A DNA stretch of 64,000 nt, from NCBI GenBank assembly GCA_036172245.1, contig JAYWIR010000034.1:1488001-1552000 (forward strand). The letters are read 5' to 3'. The DNA is from Raillietiella orientalis. Lineage: Eukaryota. Shown in pieces: positions 37,528 through 49,198 of the stretch. The translations under genes were made by a program, and so were the position numbers. A model generated the notes under the pieces. That model was given only the letters and a program-made list of their open reading frames with translations. It was not told the origin of the DNA and searched no databases. Position 1 is the first letter of the stretch. Each line of letters starts with the position of its first letter.

Positions 37528-40049
37528 TCAATAAATCTTACCAGGATAAGAGCTGGACTGCCCAATGGAATAACTTTTGGCATCATACGAAGTGTATCCT
37601 TGGGAAGAATACCCAGAAAATGAAACTCCTTCAGCTACAATAAAATAAACAAACTAACAATGTATAACAAAATAGAAATGTGCATTAGCCCTCAGATCTC
37701 ATAATCTTTGCCCATTGGGAACTTCCTCAACAAAAGATATTGAATGACTATTACACCAACACACAATAGTCTGAATTAAGTAATGGCTATAAGCCATCTT
37801 GCTATCGAGCTAAAATAGCCAGCCAGGGGGCATTCCCAACCTATGACAGAACATCCCTCAATGTACCTTCAAAAAGGTACATGTCATTAGTACATTATCT
37901 CTGTCAAGGGACATTTCTTGTACCCCCTTCTCCATTACAGAGATCTCCAGCAGGGAGAGAAAACAGCTCTTGTCTCAGACCTTCCCAAGGACTAGATGAG
38001 TAACAAAGCACTCTTGTGTTGTCCCTTAAGCAAGTATGCATCAGTAAACATTCAATAATTATATCAAGGTCTCCCTGGCATGAATGGCTATCATCATAGG
38101 GCTACTGATGCACTCGGCACTAGGAACTACTGACCTGGTTTGCTTGAATCAGCCTGATATAAAAGTCCTCCATAGTTAGGTGGAGGAGGTAGTCCTGAAT
38201 AAGCTCCCACATTGGCAACCCCTACATACATAAAACAAACACTTGAATAATAAATTCTTGATTTTACCTGTTTTTTCGTAAGACCCATATGGTGGTACAT
38301 AAGAATGAGCTCCATAACACTGGGAACCATATACCTGCGCACGTTCTGTACCCTTGTCAACATGATCACCAAGAGGTTTCTCAGAAAGCGCCGACTCTTC
38401 AGGATTATCAACAGATCCAACAGAATTATCATAGTTCTTATCAGCAGCATATGTTTCTTCTGACGCATTGGGTACAGGTTTTTCAGGCTGACTACTGTCT
38501 AGGCTAGGATTATTATATGTTCCAGATTTATAACTTCTATCTGGTACAAAACTAGTATAAGAACAAGTAGCAGAGTATCCAAAGTTTCTCTCTGAAGAAG
38601 TGTTCCCATAACCACCAGTTACTGGGGTATTGTAACCTCTTTCGGATGGAGAGTTCCGATAAACAACTGAATTAGGATGATCAAATCCCCTGTCAACAGG
38701 AGGATTTGCAAAATTATTGTTTGAATGAGGACTACCAAACTCTCTATCAATAGAAGGACCACTATAACTGCTACTTATGGATCCTGCATATGGCTTCTCC
38801 AATGGATTCTCACCATAGGTATTTCCTGGTCCACTAAAGGATTGGCTAGGATAGCCACCGTAGCTTTGTTCTTCAGAACTAAAGGGTCTACCAACAGATC
38901 CAGGATATGCACGGTTTAAATTATCATCATATCCCACATCAGGGGCACTAGCTAAACCACAATTCCTATCTCCTGATGATCTATACATTCTGTCCCCACT
39001 ACTGCCATAACTCATTTCTCCAGAACTATTGTAGCCACCTCTCATATTAAAACATTTTTCTGGATTGTAACTTCTGTTTCCATATCGATCATTGGAACCA
39101 CAAAATGGGGGATCAAGAGAACCATCACTTCCTTGCTCTCTACCACCACATCCTCTATCTCCTGAACTATGATCTCTTCTATCATCTGGACCATAGCCTC
39201 GATGTCCAGAACTACTGTATCCCTTTTCACCAGCAGCATGCTCCCTACCATGTTCTCTGTAATCTGATCTTCTATAGTCTCTGTCATTCCCACGATCACT
39301 CCTGGAGTTAGAATAAGGTGAATTGCTGTATGCACTTCTTTCTTCAATTGGTTCTCCTCGACTGTAACTAAAGTGCAGTTAAACTTGGCACATAAATAAA
39401 AAACATAAGTACTTTGAATGAGATCGGTAGCCACCTCCAACATGATAATCATAAGGTTTCTTGTATGGAGATCCACCTCTGAATCTTTCACCAAAGCCTC
39501 TGCAATTTTGTGAGCGAAATTAAACTTAAAACCATGTTAAAGTTATTACCGTCCACTTCCTCGAGCACCAAAATTTTTACTAAATCCCCTATTTCCTGAG
39601 CACACAAAACTTTCAAAGTATACTTGTAATGTCCAGCTTACCTCTTGCATTCATCCTGCCTCTAGGCACACCTCTACCAAAATTTCTAAAAGCATAGTTC
39701 AAAAACGAAACATATAAGTGTGAAACTCACCTCCCATGACCAAACCGCCCTTCAAACCTTCCTCTCCCCGGAGGTAAACCCCTCATTCTTAAAAAATATT
39801 TTAAAACATGAAAATTTGAAACGCAAAGAATGTTACAAAAAAAACAACGCAGAACATTTTAAAGTTCAATTTCCAAATGTTCCAATGTACAAAATTCTGT
39901 TACTTCGTAAGATGCGCGCGTAAAGTTATGCATTATTACCGACTCCTAAATCCTCCACGAGGCCCTCTTGAAAAACGATCCGAGTCCCCCTGCTCATGTG
40001 TATTGCTTGGAGCTTCACTTGGTTCAGGTAAAAACTGAGATGCATCCAT
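37528..40049 (-). CDS. Unnamed RGG/RG- and S/Y/G-rich low-complexity protein, ~545 aa; host gene of RNase P RNA
   Basis: Frame-consistent model: complement(join(37528..37634,38135..38221,38268..39367,39413..39499,39550..39595,39642..39685,39731..39787,39940..40049)). All introns are GT-AG (152, 45, 46, 50, 45, 46, 500 nt). Protein reads MDASQFLPEPSEAP..RGPRGGFRSRMRGLPPGRGRFEGRFGHGRNFGRG.. and joins ORF 38176..39045 in frame. A GTAAG donor at 37541 could add a short last exon ending NIYS* at 37395. No globular domain recognised. Confidence 0.8.
37755..38045 (-). ncRNA. RPR: Eukaryotic nuclear RNase P RNA (RPR / H1-type), intronic, sense to host gene
   Basis: Conserved regions: CR-I GGGAAGGUCUGAGAC (37972-37986), CR-II AGAAA, CR-III UGGGA, CR-IV AGCUCGAU, and CR-V ACUUAAUUCAGACUA (37767-37781) which pairs with CR-I to form P4. 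Helices: P1 actgatgcata/tgtgtgttggt (extendable by tattgaatg/cattcaata to 37738-38057), P2 cttgct/agcaag, P3 with internal loop, P8 tctcc/ggaga, P9 tctct/ggaga, P10/11 gggggta/tgccccc, P12 atgtccct/agggatgt, P19 atggct/agccat. Confidence 0.95.
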
Positions 40050-40257
40050 ATCTTTGGACAAGCTGAAGTATCCGTAAAATATTAAAACTATACCCAATGC
40101 AAGTGTTCACGCAACTTAAGGATTTAAACCACTTCGAGGTTATCCATGCACCACAAATGGCGATCACTACACCGGATGTAGTTCTCTGCTGCACTCTATG
40201 AGGCTATCTGCCATACAAGAAAGAATTTTAGTTTCCGCAGCAAGCAAACACCGATAC

Positions 40258-40355
40258 CTTAAATTCTTTTTGAGCAATTTGGAAATTGTTCCTGCTTATA
40301 TCCTTGAAAGAAATGCAAGTGCATATCTTCTGCTGTCATATATACAGCTGCTCTC
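40258..40355 (-). other. Probable 5'UTR exon of the RGG gene
   Basis: TAG acceptor at 40356-40358 and AAG|GTAT donor at 40257. Stops occur in all three frames; contains an ATG..TAA uORF at 40259-40339. Confidence 0.4.
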
Positions 40356-43300
40356 CTACGATTATAAGTAAAAGTATTTTCAATTAAATATTTTCAACTG
40401 ATAAGTATCTAACAAGCTTGATACCCAAAGCAGTATCTGCATCGCTGCAATCTCTACGAAATGTTGTCCGTCTGCTTAATGGACATTGAAGTGACATTAA
40501 AGAGTTGAAACGAACGACTGCAATACTTCGGAATACAAATAGTCGTGTGCAAACTAAATTTAGCCCAACAATAGCTGCTATTAATTTTTGTTACCATCAT
40601 AGTCATATGGTATTTTTCCTTTTTCTTTATAAAAAAGGCACACAAATTAGAAAACTAAAGCAAGAAAGAACAAAGTTTTTAGAATGAGAAGATTTGTATG
40701 CAAAAGGGAAATAAGCTCTCTATAATTCATGGATGAGTATAGTAAAGCACTAAAATATCAATACATAAATTGAAATTACCCTGAATGAATTAATGAAATG
40801 AACTCTTAAATACATAGCATGAAATGCAATACATGAATAAATGTGAAAAATATAATGCAACTATAATAAATGTAAATATGATTATTTCCTTTATTGTTGT
40901 TTTTATAGGTGACAAACTTTTGCAATTAAATTTCATTATCGATTAAACTGAAAAGCATACCAATAGTTTCGTATTACCGTTAAAATGTCGTAATTAATCA
41001 TAAACGTAACAAGTAATTTCCACATTAACAAAACCTGATACTGTTTTAAGATAATCAAGAATTCAAAGATCATGAATAGCAACACAAACTATGCAAAAAC
41101 TCTCCTGAATTCTCATGGCTGATATTCCACCCCAAGGGCTTTTCACAATTTAGAAAAGGTTTGACTTTCAGTGAATCATGGAAACAAAAACTAAAAGCAA
41201 ATTTTTAAACTTCAAACAGCTTTTGAAATTTGTTTACCAAGAATGTTTAAGATAAGCATATCAAGCTCCTTTTTATTAGAGAAATTTTGTGTGAAACTTC
41301 ATTGGGAATCCACATTCTGGTACACTGCCTAGACAACCTACGTGTTTATGCGTCCCGATCTTTTCTTATACAGTCCATAAAAAAGGAAGACTAAATTCTG
41401 TGAGTGCTCTAGGAGTCATCAGAATAACATCATAGTTCTATAGGAAAGAAAAAGGCACATGGGTCGCTGCCTAATGTTTACTAAGTTAAAAGTTAGTTAT
41501 CATGCTGAATAATAAATTAGGTTCTATTATCAAACAGTGAATAGATCAGAATTCAAAAACTGAATCTCTTGAACGAAACGAAATTTGGCTATAAATACGG
41601 AGAACACATACAAGTTCATATTACACATAAAGCGAGAAGCTGTTCTCTAGCATAATATAGAAAATTTGCAATTATTAATAATAAGGAATCATGAAATAAT
41701 TCCAAATAATAAGTTGCCTTTCAGAAAAAGGGCTTTTTTTGCTATATTTAAGATCAAAGCAAATGAATAATTGAAACATAAAAGTAACTTGGATACAGTG
41801 CGAATTGTTTCAAAACTCTCAAAGATATTGTCATGTTTTCACGTTTGAACATTACACATTCTCTCTCATCCGGTATCGATATAAGTAAAGAAGTCATATC
41901 ACTTTATGGGAAATTCTTCCAACGTATTGAAGTGAATAGTCTCAACTCTCCTCCTAACTGCTTCAGTTTACATTTTTCTTGGTATTGGCAATATCACTAA
42001 AAGTATTTTCGTTTCGCCACGAAATCGCAGAGACGTGAAAAGGATGGCCGGTTCTTCTTCAAAATTCTTGGAAGGAATAAAAACCATATTCCTTTATTTT
42101 ATTGGTCTAGTTAAATGAAAAGAGTTGCACAAATTTTTATTCTGGAAACAGAATCTGTCAAATCCTTTCATTGAAACGTAGTACGGATTTTGTTAAGATC
42201 GTTTATTAGTACCAAATGAACTTTGAAATATCTAACTTTTTAGATTTCTATAACTATCATCATGGGAACAAAAGTCACATGGCTTTTGTTCCCAAATATT
42301 CCCTGGTTGAATTCTGGGAAACTTTCAAATAAAACATTCAAGGTACCGGAAAAAAATCGTTCTCGAATGAAAACGTAAATCAATGAAGTCCACGATATTT
42401 TCTTCAAGGTGAATCAACAAATTTGGAAAATGTCAGTACAATGCATTCAATTCAGACATGCATAATTTCCTTATATTGATACTGAGTAAAGGATATTTTC
42501 TTGTTTTCAGGCATGACGAACAATACGACGCCCTGTATTCGAAGCTTCTGAACTTCATCAATGTGAATCTGACCTTCCAATGCCTGCCAATGGGAAAATC
42601 GCTGCTTCCAGAGAACAGCCTTTTTCAATAAAGTGAAATAAATTTATTATTTACACATAGATATTATCCATCTTTTAAAGTGATTGCCTTTGCTAACTGA
42701 AATTGGAATGTGATATTTACACTGCCTTAAGTATTGTGCTCATCATTACTGAATGCATACTTGATTATGATTCTATAGTTAGAATCAATTTTTTGATTAA
42801 GCTTTCGTTTTCTTGCCTTCGGGATTGCCATATCCAAATTCGTATCACAAAGAATTTCGAGCCATGCCCAATACCTCTTCACTTTCTTTGATATGTCTTT
42901 TCGATGTTGAATCGTTCAGAAGATAATCTTTTGCTGAAATCTCGGTCCTCTCCAAGAGTGAATGAGGAACTTTGAATTTTTGCCTTGATCGGGGATCAAA
43001 TACCGTATTCTGTAACTTCCTGTTTCCAAACATGAGCAGTATACTCTTATGACTAATAACTTGAGAATTCACTTTGTTAAGCATTTTCTCCAGCTAATAA
43101 TGAATGAGTTAAACCATAGTGCTCCAGCAGGGCATTATCTCAACTGCTTCTTAGAAGAGAAACCAGCTGTAACTGCCTAGTGTTCCATGTCAATTCATTT
43201 TGCTCCGTCATTTAACAACTTATGGAATGCATCTTTCCAATTCAGCATTGTTTCTTTAAAAAATAGCTGTAGTTTATATCAGTTCTTTATTTTGCTCAGT

Positions 43301-46300
43301 TTCTATCAACAATTAAGTGCGTGTTCACGTAAATAGATAATAAACTCAAGCGATATTATGAAAAAATGATAGGAAATTAACAGAATAAAATTAACAATAA
43401 TGGAGTAATCAAATGCTCCTCCATGTTTTGCTAATCCCCAATTTGGGTTCACATGGATCTCAAGCTTAAAAACACCCTTTCAAACCTAGGTTTCAGTTTT
43501 CAAGTAGTAACTTTTATTCATATGTGTTCATTTTTCCCTTTATGTCACTTTCCATAATTCAGGATCAGAAAAACACCTAGAAAACCAGACCTGGGTCTTA
43601 AGCTTGCCTGAATTCTCAGAAAAGAAATTCAAGTCAAACTTCTCTAAATAACTAAATAAAAACTTTAGAATGAAAGAATTTAGCTTGCAGATGAAGTAGC
43701 AATGAGACTTAGGCTTGCAAAATGTAAGACACAAGCAAAATGAAGAGCAACGAAAACACTGGTCAATTTTCTCAAAAGAAACGCATGTGAGGAAATGAGA
43801 CGAAGACTGTGTTCATAACTGTGAATTTATTTATTAATGAGCAAAGATAATCCAGAGAGAACAAAATGAAATATAGGTTGAATACACTTAAAATTCATGA
43901 AAAATTTCCAAACCAAAAACATAGGATGCAGATCACTTTTCTCTCTGAAATTTTCCAAACATTAATTTGCATTTATAGTTGTATCCATAATCTGCAAATA
44001 ACCCGAACTCGTTATTCGAGACCAGCTCATGTCTACTTTCATTCCACGTTCGCTAAGGTCTGCCTTTTATAGTTTTTATTACAGTCGGATTTTAAATGAT
44101 TATTTCTCAGCAGTCGCTTTCGTTTTCATTGAAGGACTATGATTCACCATCATATCAATCCTATGGAGAACGAATGTAAATTCAATACAGTATATTAAGC
44201 GAACAAATTCATGAAGAGACACAATTCAGAATCACTGTGCGGCAATCTCATTTATGAAACTTGGGGTATATTGCTATCATACAGGCTGTTCCATAGTATT
44301 GGATTTTTTCATATGAACAAGAGATACTACACGATCATCGCACAAGAAAGCAATTGAAAACTAATTTGGACGATTAACGCACCGCGACCAAATAGCATAT
44401 CTAGGTTTAGAGATATGTCCTAACTCCCGATAGCACACTGTTAATATGCAAATCATGGATCATGCTTTTTGGAGTTTCTATTCTATGATTTTTGGCCTTT
44501 TGAAGGATGAAGATTTAGGATCATTGAATCAGTTTTACATGTGATTAAGACGGAAGTGCTACACCAGCAAGTGTACAAGATTTAAGACAAAATATTAAAC
44601 TACAGAACCTCCAAAGATGAGAGCGGTGCCTCATTACTGTCAAATCAATAACAATTAATACAAGACAAAAATACAGAACCTATTTCGAGAACTTTGAGCA
44701 CTGATAGATGTGATGAATTTGATAAAAATTTCTCTACAAGTAAATGCTCTGAGGTCTCTTAGATCACTATTGGCCGAGCTCTGTTACAAAAAAAAATTCA
44801 TGTCAATCCTTTATTTTTCGCAAGAATGATTGACAGTCACTTTTCAAGATGGAAAACAAAATATAAATCTGATCTTCCAAGCTTTTGAAGCAAGCATTCA
44901 CACTGAAAAGATCATATCACTGTCTCGGGATGTTAGAATGGTTTTGACTGATTTCACCAGATTAAAGATATTCACTAATGCATTGAGACACTGTGGGATG
45001 TCACCGAAATTTGGAGTCCGAACAAGAGAAAGAAAAGCTGAAGTCGGTCGCTTTCTGTATCTGTCATCGTATATAGATAATTCGGAATAAAAGCAGTTGC
45101 ATTCAACTTTCAGAAGACTGTGGTAACACACTTTGTGTATACTCTATCCTCTTTCGAGCTTTAAGTGGTTTGTTGAATGAAATCACAGCTTATAGAAATA
45201 TTTTTCTCCAGAGAAAGGGTATTTTAAATGCGGCCTTCAGAAAGCATGGAAGTTTTGAAGGGAAGGATCAGAGTATTGAGCAAATAGAACAATGTTTCGG
45301 TTTATGAATACATGGATTCCTAGATGAATGCATAGATTCCCAGGTGGCAGTTTTGCTCTATCACCTTACTTTTTGAAAAATAATTTTCAAAAGAATTTTT
45401 CAGATTTTTACTATTTCAGAATGACACCGCTGATGAATGGAAGAACAAACTCTCAACTGATGAAATTTTCAAGAAAATAGACTTATCTTTTTGTAAAGCT
45501 CTTCTTTCGATATCTCTGTATTTCATAAATTCAGCATTTTCTACTTTGCTTCTATAATGCCATATACACATCTTCGTTTCAAGCATTTCAGCCTGTCCCT
45601 AAGGATTCAGTTAGACTTTCCCAGGTTTAACTTTTGGATTCAAACATAAGTAATCAAATAAGACACTAATCGAAAATCTCATAGATTATATGTTAACATA
45701 AACCTAATGATAATTAATGCTGAGCGTATCATTAAAATATAGAATAAGAATAAGAAAGGCAAAAAGTAATATCTCATAATGAGTCACTTACTTCAAGTAA
45801 CCCTCCTTTTAAAAATGTAATCAAACTGTATATCCCTTTCCAGCTTAAAACAATTTGCAAATTAAAGTACAATTTAAAGCAGTTCTAATTCGGGTGTGTA
45901 GAGCGACAATTTCTAATATAAAATTCAAATAAACAGCAAAACCTTGATTTGGTTTGCAGAAACTGTGAAATATTAAAGGATATTTTAGATGACTGTTGTA
46001 AGGATATTTGGAGGCAAATTTTGCAGAGTCGGAGAGGCAAGTCTTAGCTTTAAGTCCATGAAGATTATTTCAAGGGAATAGAACAACATTTCATCTTCAA
46101 GACAGTATCTGGTCCAGTGATTTCGAGGTCCATTGTTGACTACTTCGTTAAGCAAATAATAGCACTAAACTGAATGTAAAAATAAAATAGATTTAAAGCA
46201 CCGCATTCAATTTTAGAGCTTCATATGCTAAATGTGTTCCTCTGTTTCTGATGTCACAAAAAATTAGTACCATTTTTTGTTAAATTATTACGTAAGTCAT

Positions 46301-46399
46301 TTGGAAATTTACAAGTTTCAAAAATGTGCTACTCGAATTCACATTCTGTGTAATGGTGGATTTTGTTTCACATCAAAAGCTTGAAAAATACAATATTCT

Positions 46400-47450
46400 T
46401 TTTCCAGTCATCTCATTCTCAATTTTGTCTTAGATCAATTTGGGTGCCTTCCTTCCAGAATCTGATGGCAAAATATTTGCTAATTTCCTTTGCATCGTAT
46501 TTTAATAATTGGCAACTCCAGCGGTGATTCTTCATGACATGAAAAATATCGTGTGTTGTCGATTTGAAGTGCAATGGAAGTGTGTAACCTTTCTTCTGTT
46601 CTATACGTTCACAAATGTTTCGCTACCGTTACGTGTTTGTTGGGCCCAAGGTGTCCAGTTTGGTCCGTTCTTGGTGTTGGGATGTTTCCTTAGCACATGG
46701 GGAACAGTATTCCGTGTGTGCGCTGAAAGGCTTGTGATTCTGAGTATCCCAAATGTAAAACACCTAGTTACATCACAAAAGCCATGGATAATGAGTTTAT
46801 GTTGTTTCCGAATGACCTAAGGTGGTTTCACATTTTCCACTAAGTTTCAGGAATAAGCTGATATGTAAATATTCTCTTTTTGAGTAGTAAGGCACCCAGG
46901 TGTCTGGTCTGTGTGCGTGAAGCACGCGTGTTTGGCGATTGCAATGTATTTCCGTCGAGGATTGAGAGAGTATTAAGCATTCTTTAATGTCTCATGAATG
47001 AAAGGTTCCTTTGAAATGTTATTTCTTGTTTTTGGAGTTTATGTAGTAACAAGGGTGAATTTCATAGAAACTCAAGGTGAATGTAATGATAGCCCTGGAC
47101 AGTGTTTCCTTTCTGTTGTTTTGGGAAATCCTGTTTTGCATGTTTATTAAATCTAGTCACAAATCTTTAAATTTTATAACTGTCTGGTGCAGTTCATATC
47201 ATTATATCGTCGCTTCTATGCCACAACAGTTATGTATACTTTGTGACCTCTTACTGTGCATGTTTGCATATTGAATTCAAGTACCGTATATCCGCCATCG
47301 GTTATTAGTGTATTAGGAATACGTTTCTTGATAATACTATATCAAAGATAATAATGAAGTGTGATTTCAATATGTTCATTTGGAAAATGCAATGTGATAA
47401 ATGAACCTTGGATATTGTAGCATAAGCAGGTAAATTGAACGATTTAAACT
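46400..47450 (-). mobile_element. Decayed AT-rich LINE RT fragment (CR1/L2/Jockey-like tail)
   Basis: IQGSF (~47405), SDDIMI (~47205, cf. YADDI), LDGNTL..RHLGALL (~46890-46960, cf. KYLG), HTEYCSPC (~46705, cf. LEYCSPVW). Confidence 0.5.
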
Positions 47451-47960
47451 GCATGTGTATTATGTATAATTCACTGGTCACAATCTTTCAAGTTTCATAA
47501 CTTTTGATCTATACCTTGTTTGCTCATTTCTTTTGTGAAAAAGCCTGGTTTGTTGTGGGAGTGCATCAAAGTTAGATCTCAATTCAAGAGCAGTTTTAGA
47601 GTTCAATATCACATGTAGGATAACATATTACCTATTTCAATTAGATGAGAAAAGATATTTGGAGCTATGACCCAAATGACCCATCTCCTGCTGAACTTTG
47701 CTACTCACATCTGTGATCTAGACAAAAGTTTACATTTAATTGTCAATTATAAGAAAATTTCATCAGATTTTGGGCACCTTATAATTATCACTTATTGTAG
47801 CCAACTTAATTACACTCATAGTGATCATGAGCCAGCTAACACACATTACAGTTTAAACACTGGTTTAAGTGTTCAAACTGCAATGATTTACGAATAAAAA
47901 TGATTTCCTTCAAAAAATACAATAACTTTAATTGCAGGTATTTACACTAATTAATAAATG

Positions 47961-49198
47961 TCATGTAGTGACTTCTTCAGCACCAACATCAGGCTCATCT
48001 TCCACACTGGGATCAAATTCTAATCTTTCTTCGTCATCTAACGTTTCTTCCATTTCACTAGCATTTAAAGCATTCAAAGTCACATCTGCACATTTACTCA
48101 ATAAAGTCTGTTTTCTTTTAATTGATGGTGGCAGCACGGAATTTTTTTGGGATAATCTGTCTTCTTCTACATCTGCATTTTTTTTTGGAGATGAAGGCAT
48201 CTCAATTCCAGCAACCTGATATGATTTTCTTTTCAAACCTTGTTTGATTTGAGATCTGTAAATTTGAATAAAAACTTTTAAGGTACATTACCAATATTCT
48301 ATTACTTTATTACTAAATGTGAGGATCTGGTGCCCTAATGATTAATAATTAAAATTTAATATATTCAAGTAACCACATCCTATTTTATTAAAAACAATCT
48401 AAAGTAAAAATAAAAATAAAATCAACATTCAATAATGTAATTTTTATTTATTTATTTGTACAACTGTAAATTACATTGAAGGCATCTTATGATTTTAATT
48501 AACTCACATATTCCGTAATTTTATGCTCTCTGTTATACTACTCAGTTCATCAGCAAAATGCTGTAATGCATTATGCAGCTGATTTAACTCAGATGTGGTC
48601 CACTTGCCACTAAAATAGTATCATTACTTAACCCTCAATTATGATGCAAAACAACACTGAGATCGTATGCATCACATATTAAATTAATATAACAAAGTAT
48701 TTACATTCATATTTGCTCCCATACTGACCCTGAGGTATTATCTGCTGATGAATGCAACTGCATTGTTAATTCTGCAAGTTGTGTAAAAGCTAATCCTGCT
48801 GCATTAAAAATTTCTCCAACCTGCAATTCGAATGAACATTAAATGCCAAGAAGTAAAAACTTTCATTTGAAATCAACTGATTTGACGGAAAAATCAGCCT
48901 GTATGCCCCCAAATGTACAATACACATGTACGCGTTACAAAGTTAGCCAGCACAATATGAATTCATTTCGTGATGCTATCTGAATGAAAGATAACTGACT
49001 TCAGCTTGTATACGGCACGCTGACAAAAATGTCTTAAAACATCTGTAACTGACATCAGATATCTTCACCGTTTTCGACATATTGCAATAACAAAGCAGTG
49101 TTCTATAACTGATATACACTATAAATAATAATGAGTTCTACGAAGACAATGTGTTCTACAATTGATTTGGGAATACCTACCTTGCTAGTTGCGCTCAT
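47961..49198 (-). CDS. BAP18: Chromatin complexes subunit BAP18 (SANT-like), 168 aa
   Basis: complement(join(47961..48255,48508..48609,48729..48820,49181..49198)), all GT-AG and in frame. Protein reads MSATSKVGEIFNAAGLAFTQLAELTMQLH..GKWTTSEL..SQIKQGLKRK..DVTLNALN, matching the recalled BAP18/C17orf49 motifs. Confidence 0.93.

Noticed and set aside
37755..38045. RNase MRP RNA as an alternative identity
   Set aside because: The P4 strands (GGUCUGAG / UUCAGACU) and the presence of CR-II, CR-III and P12 are RNase P-type.
38036..38113. Box C/D snoRNA (ATGATGA..CTGA on the minus strand)
   Set aside because: The CTGA lies inside RPR helix P1, the stem geometry around box C is non-canonical, and no rRNA guide was recognised.
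39042..39494. ORF-track 150-aa minus-strand ORF as a separate gene
   Set aside because: It is an alternative frame across exons and an intron of the RGG gene.
40063..40257. Possible H/ACA snoRNA in the leader intron (AGAGAA and ACA motifs, short stems)
   Set aside because: The second hairpin is unconvincing by eye; it would need a covariance-model or snoRNA-finder hit.
40937..41881. DRE-like motifs (TATCGATT at 40937, TATCGATA at 41874) as promoter elements
   Set aside because: Short AT-rich motifs with no known transcription start nearby; cannot be distinguished from chance.
41410..42060. Endogenous RNA-virus polymerase (RRTGHP near 42050, YSDDS near 41420) or Dicer/RIG-I helicase (DVILMTP)
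   Set aside because: Isolated 3-6 residue matches from incompatible families, flanked by stops, with none of the other expected motifs.
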